64,000 nucleotides of DNA from Mytilus californianus (lineage: Eukaryota): assembly GCF_021869535.1 (NCBI RefSeq), contig NW_026262679.1, positions 99,944,001 to 100,008,000 of the forward strand. Reading direction: 5' to 3'. This document shows positions 50,835 through 63,305 of the stretch, piece after piece. The number at the start of each line of letters is the position of its first letter. Position 1 is the stretch's first letter. The translations under genes and the position numbers were made by a program. The notes under the pieces were generated by a model. It saw nothing but the letters and a program-made list of their open reading frames with translations, was not told where the DNA came from and ran no database searches.

Positions 50835-51625
50835 ATGTTACAGGAACTTCTTAAGAAGAAACAAAAGAAGTTAGCAGTATCCTTTAACTTTACTTTCTGC
50901 TATATAGATGATGTTCTCTCACTAAATAATTCAAAATTTGGTGACAATGTTGAACGCATCTATCCCATCGAACTTGAGATAAAGGATACAACAGATACAA
51001 TTAAGTCTGACTCATATCTTGACTTACATCTAGAAATTGACAATGAAGGTCGGTTGAAAACAAAACTTTTTGACAAAAGAGATGATAGTGAACGTTCCAT
51101 TTCTTTATAGCAACATTCCAGCAGCGCCTGCATACGGAGTATGTATCTCCCAGTTGATACGATATTCCAGGGATTGTATTTCCTATCATGATTTCCTTGA
51201 TAGATTGTTGCTGCGCACAAGGAAGCTATTTAACCAAGAGTTCCTAGTGGTGAAGTTGAAATCATCCCTTCGTAAATTTTATGGACGCCAATTACGAGTT
51301 GGTTGACCTTTACGGAATATCCGTTTCACAGATGATAGCGGATATGTTCATAATGTCGTAACTACAATTTCGTCCCCTTTTCCCGAATGTGACCCACCGA
51401 ATAAGACTTATTACCGGGTTTGTACTAACATGAGCAACACTTCAGGAGCACCTGAGATCACCCCAGTTTTGGTTGGGTTCGTGTTGCTCAGTGTAAGTTT
51501 TCTATGTTGTGTTTTGTGTACTATTGTTTGTCTGTTTGTCTTTTTCTTTTTTAGCCATGGCGTTGTCTGTTTATTTTCGACTTATGAGTTTGAATGTCCC
51601 TCTTGTATCTTTCGCATCTCTTTTA
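50835..51625 (+). mobile_element. 5'-truncated Penelope-like RT copy (second family) with tail
   Basis: KKLAVSFNFTFCYIDDVLSLNNSKFGD...IYPIELEIKDTTD...SYLDLHLEIDNEGRLKTKLFDKRDD / SNIPAAPAYGVCISQLIRYSR...KLKSSLRKFYGR. Confidence 0.85.
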
Positions 51626-52289
51626 CACAATCATTTGAGAAATGCTTCCTCTTGATCCAAATCTTGTTTACTTGTTTAACTTATGACATCAGGTGATCTA
51701 TCGGGTAGATATGAACAAACGTCAATTAGAGAGCAACATAACAATAAAAATAACCAAAGACATACTTAGGTCAACACATAGTCTTCAACTGTAGATACGT
51801 GTTCATACAATAAATAAGGTTTTAAATTTCCTCGAGTTATAAACAAGATAAAAAAAATAAGACGGAAACTGTCATCAAACCAAATTCTTCAAATATTAAA
51901 ATACTTCCAAGACCTACCATCATACCAAAGTCTCTAATAACAACGTACTATATCAATATATACACTGCTGAAGTTCCTGCTGACTTTGGATAGGCACATG
52001 ATCTATTTTTTATTAGATCTCAAAACTGAAAATGCCAGAAGCACTTTGAATTTGTCACCACATCGTGTTAATATGGTTCACATGTAGCTCATATCGAATA
52101 TCCCATGACATTAATCGTTTCCGGCTTAACATATAGGACCCATCGTAGACGAGACAATAGACAATATTCAATATTTTATTAGCACAAACGCAATTATAAC
52201 AATTGGTAAAGGCTAGTTGTGAAATCAGGCGCTCCCTAACGATAATAGTTCCTTTTCAACTATTAACACTCGTCGCCTTAAAATCTTAT

Positions 52290-52750
52290 GCTGTTATTTC
52301 CAACCATTGGGTCGATGCCAATGCTGGTTGAGGTTTCCTCCCCGAGGGTGTCACCAGCCCAGTAGTCCGCGCTTTTGTGTTGACATGAATTATCATTGAT
52401 ATGGTCATTATTAGAAATTAACTGTCCACAAAACTTTAAATTTTTCGAAATACTAAGGATTTTCGAACCCAGGAATAGAATACCTTACCTGTATTTGACA
52501 TAACCTTTTGGAACTTTTGTTCTTCAAAGCTCTTTAAATTTCAACCCTGGTATCTATATATATATATATAGCCATGATGAGTTTATTTCATAGTTGGTCA
52601 GAAGGTATCATACAATATAGCTGATTGGTTGATGTCTATTGTCTAATCAGTAGACATTACCAAATTCATAGCGTCACTGATGAGTCTTATATAGACGAAA
52701 CGCGCACCAGGCGTATCAAATTATAAGCCTGGTATACCTTTGATAATCAT
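52290..52750 (+). mobile_element. Retrozyme-like / HHR-bearing repeat fragments inserted in duplicate A
   Basis: GC-rich structured block 52305-52365 and an HHR at 52671; both absent from duplicate B; HHR flanks match 25591-25660. Confidence 0.55.
52671..52714 (+). ncRNA. Minimal hammerhead with a mutated cleavage triplet
   Basis: GCGUCA-CUGAUGA-GUCU(uauau)AGAC-GAAA-C-GCGC-ACC-AGGCGU; ACC where the 25596 copy has GUC. Confidence 0.7.
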
Positions 52751-55700
52751 AAACTATCGGGACTGGTAAATTCTTTAATCTTTTAACATAATCGAATATG
52801 AGAGTTTGAAACGAAAAAACAAACAGATTTTAAGGACCAAATATTAACAAGTTCAAGACCATGACTGATAAAAACGAAATAATATTACGAAAGCAACACT
52901 ACCAGAAAATTATAGCGATAAAAGCGCAAATCCAAATAAGAAATCGGCGGAAGATTCAGCTGCCTTAGAATGTTAACAAGCCCTTGTTCAACTGGTGACA
53001 GTAGTTGTGTTCAACTCATGTGATATGTCACAATCGGTCATACACAAGGGAAAATGACGGGGTTGTGACTTCGCCAGGTCTATGATACCTACTTTACAAA
53101 AGGTTTGACAATTCGTAATCATCAGATTTACGATAGCCAACCTTTTTTTTAAAGTGATGAATTCATTAATCAAAGGTTAAAGCAGGAATATTGATTGATT
53201 AGCATTTTCAAAAATATCAACTATACTCAGTAATTAAAAACAACATATGAAGGAAAAGTATACAATATTGTCAGTACGTTGATTAATAAAACAACGATAC
53301 AAAAAGTAATAACTAACTGTCCTTTACATCTAACTAAGCAAATAAATTTCAAGATAAATACAATCGATAATCAATTAATTAACAACTTTTTTCATAAATT
53401 TTATACCATAATTACTAACTTCTTTATTTATTTAGTTATCTATGTATTTATTCACAGTAGACAAACAAGATCTTTGGGATTTGTCATTACAAAAGTTTAG
53501 AAGATATGCATACAGGAGGCCAATTTAAAATACATAGGTGCTTGAAAAATTCCTATCAACCATTTATAAGTAAATGAAAACAAGGATAACTACTTTTAGG
53601 TTTGTAATTCTGTCAGAACGGATATGTTGAAATTTAAAACGGATCTGTGCATAGATTGTCTGGTGCGAAGTATGAAACTTTGAGTTTGTGACATTTCGAA
53701 TAGTTCCATCAACCCTTGCACACATAATGTAATAGAACAAAAGACACAGCAGATAGGTATCGTTTAAGTCTTATGACTTGCTTAAATCATTACATCCTTG
53801 CTTTTACCAAGGGAAAAAACGAGTGTGACAAGTTTGATCCATTCAATTCCATATGATACGTTTTATATGATCATGGTACAATGATTTTTCATAATTAGTG
53901 GTATATTATTTGTTGCAACAAAACAAATCGATACTGTTTGTCAATTATATATATTGTGTGTGACTGTATAGTCTACTTCCTTTGTTAAAAAAGAGAATGT
54001 TTTGGGTTTTTTTTTTCTTGCCATCGGTAATAGATATATTCTGAAATCAGTAAGAAGTGTACATATTTCACAAAGCAGTCCGTGAAAGTTTGGTTACTTC
54101 TTCGTGACGTTGCCTATGCGACATTTCTTTTAACTGCTTTTAATGGCAAATGTCTTCGCCTCTATATATTTCTAATTTACAATAACTTGTCTTCACATTT
54201 TTTACTGTTTCGTTTCTCATATAAAGAATCTGTCAATACGCGTTTTATTCCTCGCGATAACTTTCCTCTCTCCAACATTTTCCTTCGAGGAACAACGTGC
54301 TACTGCGTAGTTAAGACTGCTGAATTATGGTCAATATAGGTCGTATGAATATGTACTCAAAATCATGATGAATTTGATGTTTATCTAAGTATGTTTCGAT
54401 GTAGTTGACCTAAAATATTAAAGTGTTCACTGTAATTTGGAATAGGGTCCACCATATGATTTAGATGTAGTCATCAACGGCTTTGATGTAGTCCATTATG
54501 ATTGTTTTAAAGTCCAAGATTATCGTGTTATTGTCCAACATGTTATGATAGGACCAATCTTGATTTCTATGTTGTTGGAAAAGGATTATAACGTGTGATT
54601 TTAGTTCGGTCAGACCTGAATTTGATTTTGGTATGCATACTTACAAATATTGTATCTGGCAAGTTACATCATTTATCTGTGTTAACAAGATAAATGCTTT
54701 CAATGTTATAAGATCACGATATTGCATATAAATTTGCAAAATTTCATTTATTTAACACCTACATGTTTCTCAAAAAGAAAACATTCCTCATTTTTGAGTA
54801 TCACATTTCGTCTACGGAATTAATAATAATCTCTATTCTATAGTTTGTAAATTCTCTCATATGATAAAACATGGTGATAGTAAAGAAATCCTAGAGATCG
54901 CTATAATGGGATTTACAAAAATATAACTTTTTTGGTATATTGCATAACTTGTATGACAAAAGGACAAAAGCAGTTACTGCACGATAGCATTAAGATATAT
55001 ACTTTTTTTCTTATGAAATATTATTTGTTACGCAACTGTTTATAGAAGTTGTTTTTCTTTAGTAAGTGTTAAATTAAACAGAAAATTTAATTCAACATCC
55101 TTATATATAACAATAATAATGTATACTAATGTTTACACAGCTGAGGTTCCTGACACTGGACAGCCAAATGATCCTTTGGTGGAGTTTAACTAGTTTTTAT
55201 TAGATCTAAACACTGAAAATGTCAAAACCACTTAACAGTTGTCACACATTGTGTTAATATGGTTCACATGTTGCTCATATCCCATATCTTATGATATTTA
55301 TCATGTCTTGCTTCACATATAGGACCCACCGTGTGTGAAATAAAGTGCTCTCGAAGGGTAGCAGTTCCTTTTCGACTATTTACACTCATCGTCTTACATC
55401 AATCAGATTATTTTTCATAGTTGATCAGAAAGGTATCATACACAATATAGCTGATTGGTGGATGTCTATATATTGTATAAAAAGTTAAGACATTATCAAA
55501 TTCATAAACTAACGGTATAACAAGTACATTTGTAAATTCTTTAATCCTTAAACATTACAGAAGATGAGAATTTGAATCGAAAATACAAATAGGTTTGTTG
55601 TCTGCTCTATGGTCGGGTTGTTGTCTCTTTGACACATTCCCCATTTCCATTCTCAATTTTATTAAAACAAAATATAGGCAAGACCATGACTGATAGTAAC

Positions 55701-58700
55701 AATTAAATAATTGAAAGTAAAATATTACTAGAGCAACACCACCAGAGAAGTATAGCAGCAAAAACAACGCCAAGCCAACTAAGAAATCGACGGTAAGTTT
55801 GGCTGCGTTAGAAGGATTTCAAGTTATTAGTCTACTACTGACATTCGTTGTGTTCAACTCAAGTGATAAGTCGCAATCGGACGAAGACGAAGAAAATAAA
55901 CGGGTATGTGACTTCGACAGGTATATAATACCTACTTTACAAAAAGTTGGATCTGTATTCGTAATCATCAGATTATTTACAATAGCCAACTTTTTTTTCA
56001 GGTGGTGAATTCATTAATCAAAAAATTAAAGCAGGAAAATTGCCTGAGAAGCATTTTCAAAAATATCGACCATACTCGGTGGTTAATAACAACATATGAA
56101 GGAAAGTATACAAGCAAGTTAATACTTTGATTAATAAAACTAAGATACAAAATATCAATAACTGAGTGTCCTTTTACACATAATTGAGCAAATTATTGTC
56201 AAGATTAACACAATAAATTATCAATTGATTCATTATATTTTCACTAATTTATACCATATTATTTACTTACTTTTTCGTTTATTTATCTATTTATTCACAG
56301 TAGACAAACAAGATCTTTGGGATTTGTCATTACAATAGATTAGATGAAAAACATCCAGTAGGCCAATTTGAAATACTTAGGTGCTTGAAAAATTCTCATC
56401 CACCATTTATAACTAAATAAAATACGGATAAACATTTTTTGGTTTGTAATTTCTGTCAGAAGGAATATGTTTATATATTCAAAACGGCTCTGTGTATAGA
56501 TACTCTGGTGCGAAGTAGGAAAACTTGAGTTTGTGACATTTCGAACAATTCCATCAACCCTTTGTTACAGAATATAATAGAATAAAACACACAGCAGACA
56601 AATATCATTTAAGTATTATGACCTGCTTAATTCATTACACCCTTGCTTTTACCAAGGGAAAATACGAGTGTGGCAAGTTTGATCTATTCAATTCCGCAAG
56701 ATACTTAACATGACCATGGTACAATGTATTCTCATAACTACTGATAAATTATTTGTTGCAACAAAAGAAATCGATACATTATGTCAATTGTTACATATAG
56801 ATTTTACTGCATATTAAAAAGTTCTTTGTTTAAAGAGAGAATGCTTTTGGTTCTTTTTCTTGCCATCGGTAATAAATATATTCTAGAATAAGTAGGAAGT
56901 GTAAACATTTCACACAGCAGTCCAACAAAAGTTTGGCTACTTCTTCCTGACATTGCCTGTGTTTCATTTTTTAACTGTTTTAATGGCAGATTTCTTCGTC
57001 GTTATCTTTTTTTAACTGACAATAACTTTCACATTTTTTGTACTGTTTCGTTTCTCACAGAATCTGTCAATACACGTTTTATTCCTCGCGATACTTTTCC
57101 TCTCTCTGACATTTTCCCTTCCAGGAACAACGTGCGACTGTGCAGTGACATTGATTTTGATGTAACTACTTATAAACCATGCTTTGATATAGTTGAACCA
57201 TGGTATTGACGTTGTCACTGTAATTTGGAATGGGGTCCTCCACATGATTATAATGTAATCAACAATAGAGTTGACGTGGTCCATGGTCACTATGCTTGTT
57301 TTAGGCACAAGAAGATCGTTTATGGTCCAACATGTTCTCATTGGATCATCTTGATTTCTATGTCGTTCTACAAGGATTATAATGTGGTCCACAGGGATTT
57401 TAGTTGGACCAAACATGAATTTGATTTGGATCTAGATATCTTATATTTGATACTTATAAATTTTTTATGTAGCAAGTAACATCATTTATCCATTTTAAAA
57501 AGATAAGTGCATTTGTGGTTAAAAGACCACGATATTTCGTATAAATTTGCAACATTATATTTATTTAACACCTACATATTTCTCAAAAAGAAAACATTCC
57601 GCAATTTTGAGTATGACATTTCGTCTACGGAATTAATAATAATCTCTATTCTATAGTTTGTAAATGCTCTCATATAATAAAACATCATATTAGTAATGAA
57701 ATTCTAGAGAACGATATAATGGGATAAACAAAAATAAAACATTTCTGGTATATTGCATGACATTAATGACAAAAGGACAACACAGTTACTGTATGGTACT
57801 CTGACACATTCTGGTAGCATTAAGATATGTACTTTCTTCTTATGAAATATTATTTGTTACGCAACTGTTTAAAGGCGTTTTAAGTTTGTTTGTATAGAAA
57901 AACTAAATTTAACATCCTCATATAGATTAAATTATATGCAGTTCCCATGAACATGTTTATATTTGACTTTCTAGATGACCATGACGCCACAAAGAAAGAG
58001 CACACCGGCATCTTTTCGTATGTCATTAAAAAAGAAACATAACGTTTGCCTACACATTTAGAGAAACAGATTCCACCACCAAATATTGTGTAATGCGATT
58101 CAAAACGCTCTGTAAGCCTCGCGTTTAAGTTTAACATTTTAACTGTCTCAAGTGGAAAAATATAGTGTAACACTCGATGCAGTTGTAGAATGTAATATCA
58201 TATTTCTCTAATTCTTACACGATTTATACTTTCTGCGACCGATTGATTATTCTTTATAATGAACATGTGGTTTGTTTGATTTCATAGATTAAAAATTCTA
58301 ATATGACGTAAAGTTGTCTTACTTTCATCTGAATTTGCTATAATACGGACGTCAAGATAAAGGCAACCATGCCTGACATGTCACATAGAAAGAACACATC
58401 TTTTTGCAGATCAATCACACTAGGGATTGTTTAGCGACCTACCCATGAGGGTCTCATACGGTCGGACATAATAAAAAATCAGTGAAAAAGAAAGATTCAG
58501 TTTGCCAACTGTTACATATCGACTACAATCAATAGGAAAGAAACAGATTCCACAACCGAATATGAATAAAATAAATTAAAAATTGACGCAGTTCTATTCC
58601 AGTTTTATGTATGCAACCGGAACTTTACCAAATATCGATTCCCTCCTCCTTTTACCGGACTTTAAACCGGCAGTTTATGTCTCTGCTTTTTAGCATACTA

Positions 58701-59477
58701 TGCTGTTCTTCAAATCTGCCTTTCTAGTTCTGTGATTTGTTTCATGTATGTGGTTAAATTCACAATCGAAAACAATGATATAGTACCCATTCGTATAAAA
58801 CTCAGCAGAACAAGACATCATCAAACATCTTCATCTTATCTCTCCATTTTTTATAATAAATGCCTAAGTTAATTTGTTTACTTGTTAAACAAAGATAGAT
58901 ATCACCCAATAAGACTAACCTTTCCTGGACACTAATGGTTGGCATCTTTTGGGGAAAAACTGATGTATTACTTATCAGCGAGTTTCGTTATAGAACATGT
59001 AACTAGAAAACGAATGAATGGTGTATAGGTAAATATGGCGCTATTACATCTGTTTATTGGTGCATTTAATACCACCAAAGAAATAGGAAGTGGTCGATTG
59101 TTATATTTTTTAATACGGTAATTGGCGCAAATCGATTCCGTCCACAATGTTGATGTATAACACCAGCGTTGTATTGTTAACACTGATTTAAAACTTCTTG
59201 CGATGTTGATTAATTCAAATCGCACTTTTGAGTAAATGAACACTTTAACCCGCTAATATAAAAAAAATGTTATAAACACTTTAACGTGCTAATATAAAAA
59301 AAATGTAAACTAATTATTATCGAAAGTACATAAATAAATAGGTTACAAGATTGATCCTTGTATTATAGTGTACATACAAAAAGGCGGAATATACCTTAGG
59401 GCATTAAACACTCGTAAGTCGATGAAAACTGACACGCCATGGAAACTTAAAACAGAAAGACGACGAAAAGACAAACC

Positions 59478-60288
59478 GGGGTGACAAAGCCCTACATAGA
59501 AAACTAAAGACTGAACAACACAAATCTCACCAATAAACCGGGGTGACAAAGCCCTACATAGAAAACTAAAGACTGAACAACACAAACCCCACCAATAAAC
59601 CGGGGTGACAAAGCCCTACATAGAAAAATAAAGACTGAACAACACAAATCCCACCAAAAAACCGGGATGACAAAGCCCTACATAGAAAACTAAAGACTGA
59701 ACAACACAAACCCAAACAATAAACCGGGGTGACAAAGCCCTACATAGAAAACTAAAGACTGAACAACACAAACCCCACCAATTAACTGGGTGACAAAGCC
59801 CTACATAGAAAACTAAAAACTGAACAACACAAACTCCACCAATAAACCGGGGTGACAAAGCCCTACATAGAAAACTAAAAACTGAACAACACAAACTCCA
59901 CCAATACACCGGGGTGACAAAGCCCTACATAGAAAACTAAAGACTGAACAACACAAACCCCACCAATTAACTGGGGTGACAAAGCCCTACATAGAAAACT
60001 AAAAACTGAACAACACAAACCCCACCAATTAACTGGGGTGACAAAGCCCTACATAGAAAACTAAAGACTGAACAACACAAACCCCACCAATTAACTGGGG
60101 TGACAAAGCCCTACATAGAAAACTAAAGACTGAACAACACAAACCCCACCAATAAACCGGGGTGACAAAGCCCTACATAGAAAACTAAAGACTGAATAAC
60201 ACAAACCCCACCAATAAACCGGGATGACAAAGCCCTACATAGAAAAATAAAGACTGAACAACACAAACCCCACCAATAAACCGGGGTG
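59478..60288 (-). repeat. 13 tandem copies of a 62-bp unit inside a retroelement tail (~59372-60460)
   Basis: GGGGTGACAAAGCCC recurs at 59478, 59540, 59602, 59664 ... 60283; flanks are the second-family tail. Confidence 0.9.
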
Positions 60289-60481
60289 AACACAGGTGTT
60301 CCAGAAGGGTACGCAGTTCTGCTCCACATGTGGCATCCGTCGTGTTACTTATGAAAGTACAAATCCGATGATAAGTCATTATTCGATAATGTCACAATGG
60401 AGGAAACGAGGGCGGGATTGTGGTTATGAAAATTTGAACACATCCGTTGTCATCCGTGATTCAAAATTATAAACACTTTAA

Positions 60482-60529
60482 GCATCACTGAAGAGACACA
60501 TATATATAGTCGGAATGCACATCTGGTGC
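60482..60529 (+). ncRNA. Minimal hammerhead, core A13 changed to G
   Basis: GCAUCA-CUGAAGA-GAC(11 nt)GUC-GGAA-U-GCAC-AUC-UGGUGC; 6-bp stem I. Confidence 0.6.
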
Positions 60530-61444
60530 AGTAAAATTGGTACCGTTTATGTTATTTTACCCCTTGTCGATAGACACATCCCGATGAGATGATACGGTAC
60601 TTCTCTATGATTCGTGTTTGAAATGTTTACATTTTGCATAAGATATACAAAAAGACATATTTCAATAACAATGTCACTAGGATCGACTTAATTTCTGGAT
60701 GACATAACTCTCATTATTGTTTTTATGATATAATTTCTCTTCCGTTTTGTTGATGCATATATAACTTGTCAGTTTGAAAATGAAAACCACGCAATCTTGT
60801 TACAAATTATGTCAATTCATGTATATGGAAATTGTTTTCCAGTTGAATAGTAAATCGTCAATTTCCATTGAGTCCTTGAGACATGCAAGCTTTATCCAAT
60901 TTAGTTTTGATACACACAGAACAATAATTAAATGCAATGACAATTTAGATGGTAATCTTTCTTTCAAATTTACATCGTTTGACTGAGAACCAATATATCT
61001 GTTAACATACTCAAATATCTGCATAAACTTGGCATAATGTATTTATAAACCAAAACATGATTTTTCATTTACTTATTAATTCACAGAAGAAATAAATCCG
61101 TGACTGTATGACGGTAAAATGTATCAAAAAAACTTATATTTCATCATAGACGAAACTATATGACACAGAAATATATATATAGCAATATAAACTATCGGCA
61201 CCGTTCTGTCGTTCGAAAATTTGACCCGATATGAAAAATGTGCATTCAGTTACAATCGAAAGCCATCCTTATCTTAACTGGTCGCTGATATACCTGATGT
61301 TAGTATAAAATTCACGACAAGAGTTTGTTTAATCTTGATTTTACTTGGCACAAGGCAAGCAATATATTTCAAAAACATATTTTAAAACGCATTTTAAAGG
61401 TCTTGTTTGTGTTGCTCAACCTTGTTTACTATATATTATTTTGT

Positions 61445-62395
61445 TGACTGTTTTTTTTCCCCTTTTGATCATGATATTGTCTGTTTTTTCCCTTTTGATC
61501 ATGATATTGTCTGTTTTTTTCCTTTGATCATGATATTGTAAGTTTTTTTTTCCCTTTTGATCATGATATTGTCTGTTTTTTTCCCCTTTTGATCATGATA
61601 TTGTCTGTTTTTTTTTCCCTTTTGATTATGATATTGTCTGTTTTTTCCTTTTTTTTCCTTTTGATCATGATATTGTCTGTTTTTTTCCCTTTTGATCATG
61701 ATATTGTCTGTTTTTTCCCCTTTTGATCATGATATTGTCTGTTTTTTTCCCTTTTGATTATGATATTGTCTGTTTTTTTCCCTTTTGATCATGATATTGT
61801 CTGTTTTTTTTCCCTTTTAATCATGATATTGTCTGTTTTTTCCCTTTTGATTATGATTTTGTCTGTTTTTCCCCTTTTGATCATGATATTGTCTGTTTTT
61901 TTCCCTTTTGATCATGATATTGTCTGTTTTTTTCCCTTTTAATCATGATATTGTCTGTTTTTTCCCCTTTGATTATGATTTTGTCTGTTTTTCCCCTTTT
62001 GATCATGATATTGTCTGTTTTTTTTCCCTTTTGATCATGATATTGTCTGGTTTTTTTCCCCTTTTGATCATGATATTGTCTGTTTTTCCCCTTTTGATCA
62101 TGATATTGACTGTTTTTTTCCCTTTTGATCATGATATTGTCTGTTTTTTTCCCTTTTAATCATGATATTGTCTGTTTTTTTCCCCTTTTGATCATGATAT
62201 TGACTGTTTTTTTCCCTTTTGATCATGATATTGTCTGTTTTCTTCCCTTTTGATCATTATATTGTCTGTTTTTTCCCTTTTGATCATGATATTGTCTGTT
62301 TTTTTCCCTTTTGATCATGATACTGTCTGTTTTTTCCCTTTTGATCATGATATTGTCTGTTTTTTCCCTTTTGATCATGATATTGTCTGTTTTTC
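61445..62395 (+). repeat. ~30 tandem copies of a 30-33-bp unit inside a retroelement tail (~61400-62440)
   Basis: GATCATGATATTGTCTG(T)nCCC(T)n; preceded by GTGTTGCTCAAC and followed by CGACTTATGG...CCCCTTTGGTA tail motifs. Confidence 0.9.
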
Positions 62396-62574
62396 ATCGA
62401 CTTATGGTTTTTCATTGCCCCTTTGGTACCTTTTTGTAATTATTTCTAACATTTTAAAATATGATAAAAAAAAATAGGAAAAGATTAAGGGTAGAAATAC
62501 ATTCTGCTGTTCTACCAATTTCCCTGGTTAGATATTGAGTTGGGAGGTCTCAAACATGTAGATCCGCGACATTC

Positions 62575-62825
62575 GATATGTGTCTGTCCCAAGTCAGGAG
62601 CCTGTAAGATCAGTGGTTATTGTTGGTCGTTGTCTATTCTATGTGTTTATCGTTTATTGTTTTGTACATAAATCTGTCCTTTGTTTTTTTTTTTCTCGTT
62701 TGATTTGTTTCACCTTTTGTCAAGTCTGGGCATTTTATAGAATACTATACAGTATGGGTTTGCTCATTGTTTTACCGTGACCGCTTGTCGCTTAAATCTA
62801 CATCATACCAAATCTTCTTATGTTT
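62575..62825 (+). repeat. Retroelement tail fragment
   Basis: TGTCCCAAGTCAGGAGCC ... CATACCAAATCTTCTT. Confidence 0.6.
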
Positions 62826-63305
62826 AGATATTGAAGTTATAGTCCGTCCGATAAGTGAAATCTGTTCTTTATTTTTCAACAATGAAGTAATACCCAGTTT
62901 ATGCTCTAAGATTATCAATTATAGTTTAGAGACATATTTACGCAAAATCTTAAGTCATATTCAAGTTTGCTAGTTCAAAGAAAATAACTGACCGACTTAA
63001 GGCAATGCAATTTGCACATATTCTGTAATTTACCACCATACGATGCAACTATACACATAGGCTGTATTTAAAAATATAAGAAAGTCTAACAAGAGATATC
63101 ATCAGTTTAATTCAGATATATGCTTCAAAAATATTCGACCTGACCAAAGACAAAGAAAGTTGCACAAAAATTTCTGTTAATACTTTAATGAAATATTTCA
63201 AATGTATGGCAGACAAACTAAAGGCAAAGCTGTTCACACACATGTAAAACTGATAGGTAAAACTCCAGAAATGACAACTGAACTATAAAGTAATTTCAAC
63301 TACAG

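Larger units (their letters stand above)
51935..57945. repeat. Old tandem duplication of ~3 kb (A ~51935-55105, B ~55106-57945)
   Basis: Colinear blocks offset by ~2830 bp, e.g. TTCACAGTAGACAAACAAGATCTTTGGGATTTGTCATTACAA (~53452/~56294) and CATTTCGTCTACGGAATTAATAATAATCTCTATTCTATAGTTTGTAAA (~54804/~57617). Confidence 0.85.

Noticed and set aside
52306-52364. Antisense hammerhead (CUGGUGA ... GAAAC on the minus strand)
   Set aside because: A6 is G, stem II has a mismatch, and no stem III or NUH triplet lines up; the bases are better explained by the three-way junction.
54360-54640. Mucin-like WTTS repeats in the duplication (also 57150-57420)
   Set aside because: Stops in the relevant frame in both copies and no shared open frame or splice sites.
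61345-62477. Repetitive ORFs (LLIMILSVFF..., YHDQKGKK...)
   Set aside because: Translations of the ~31-bp array; unit length varies without keeping frame.
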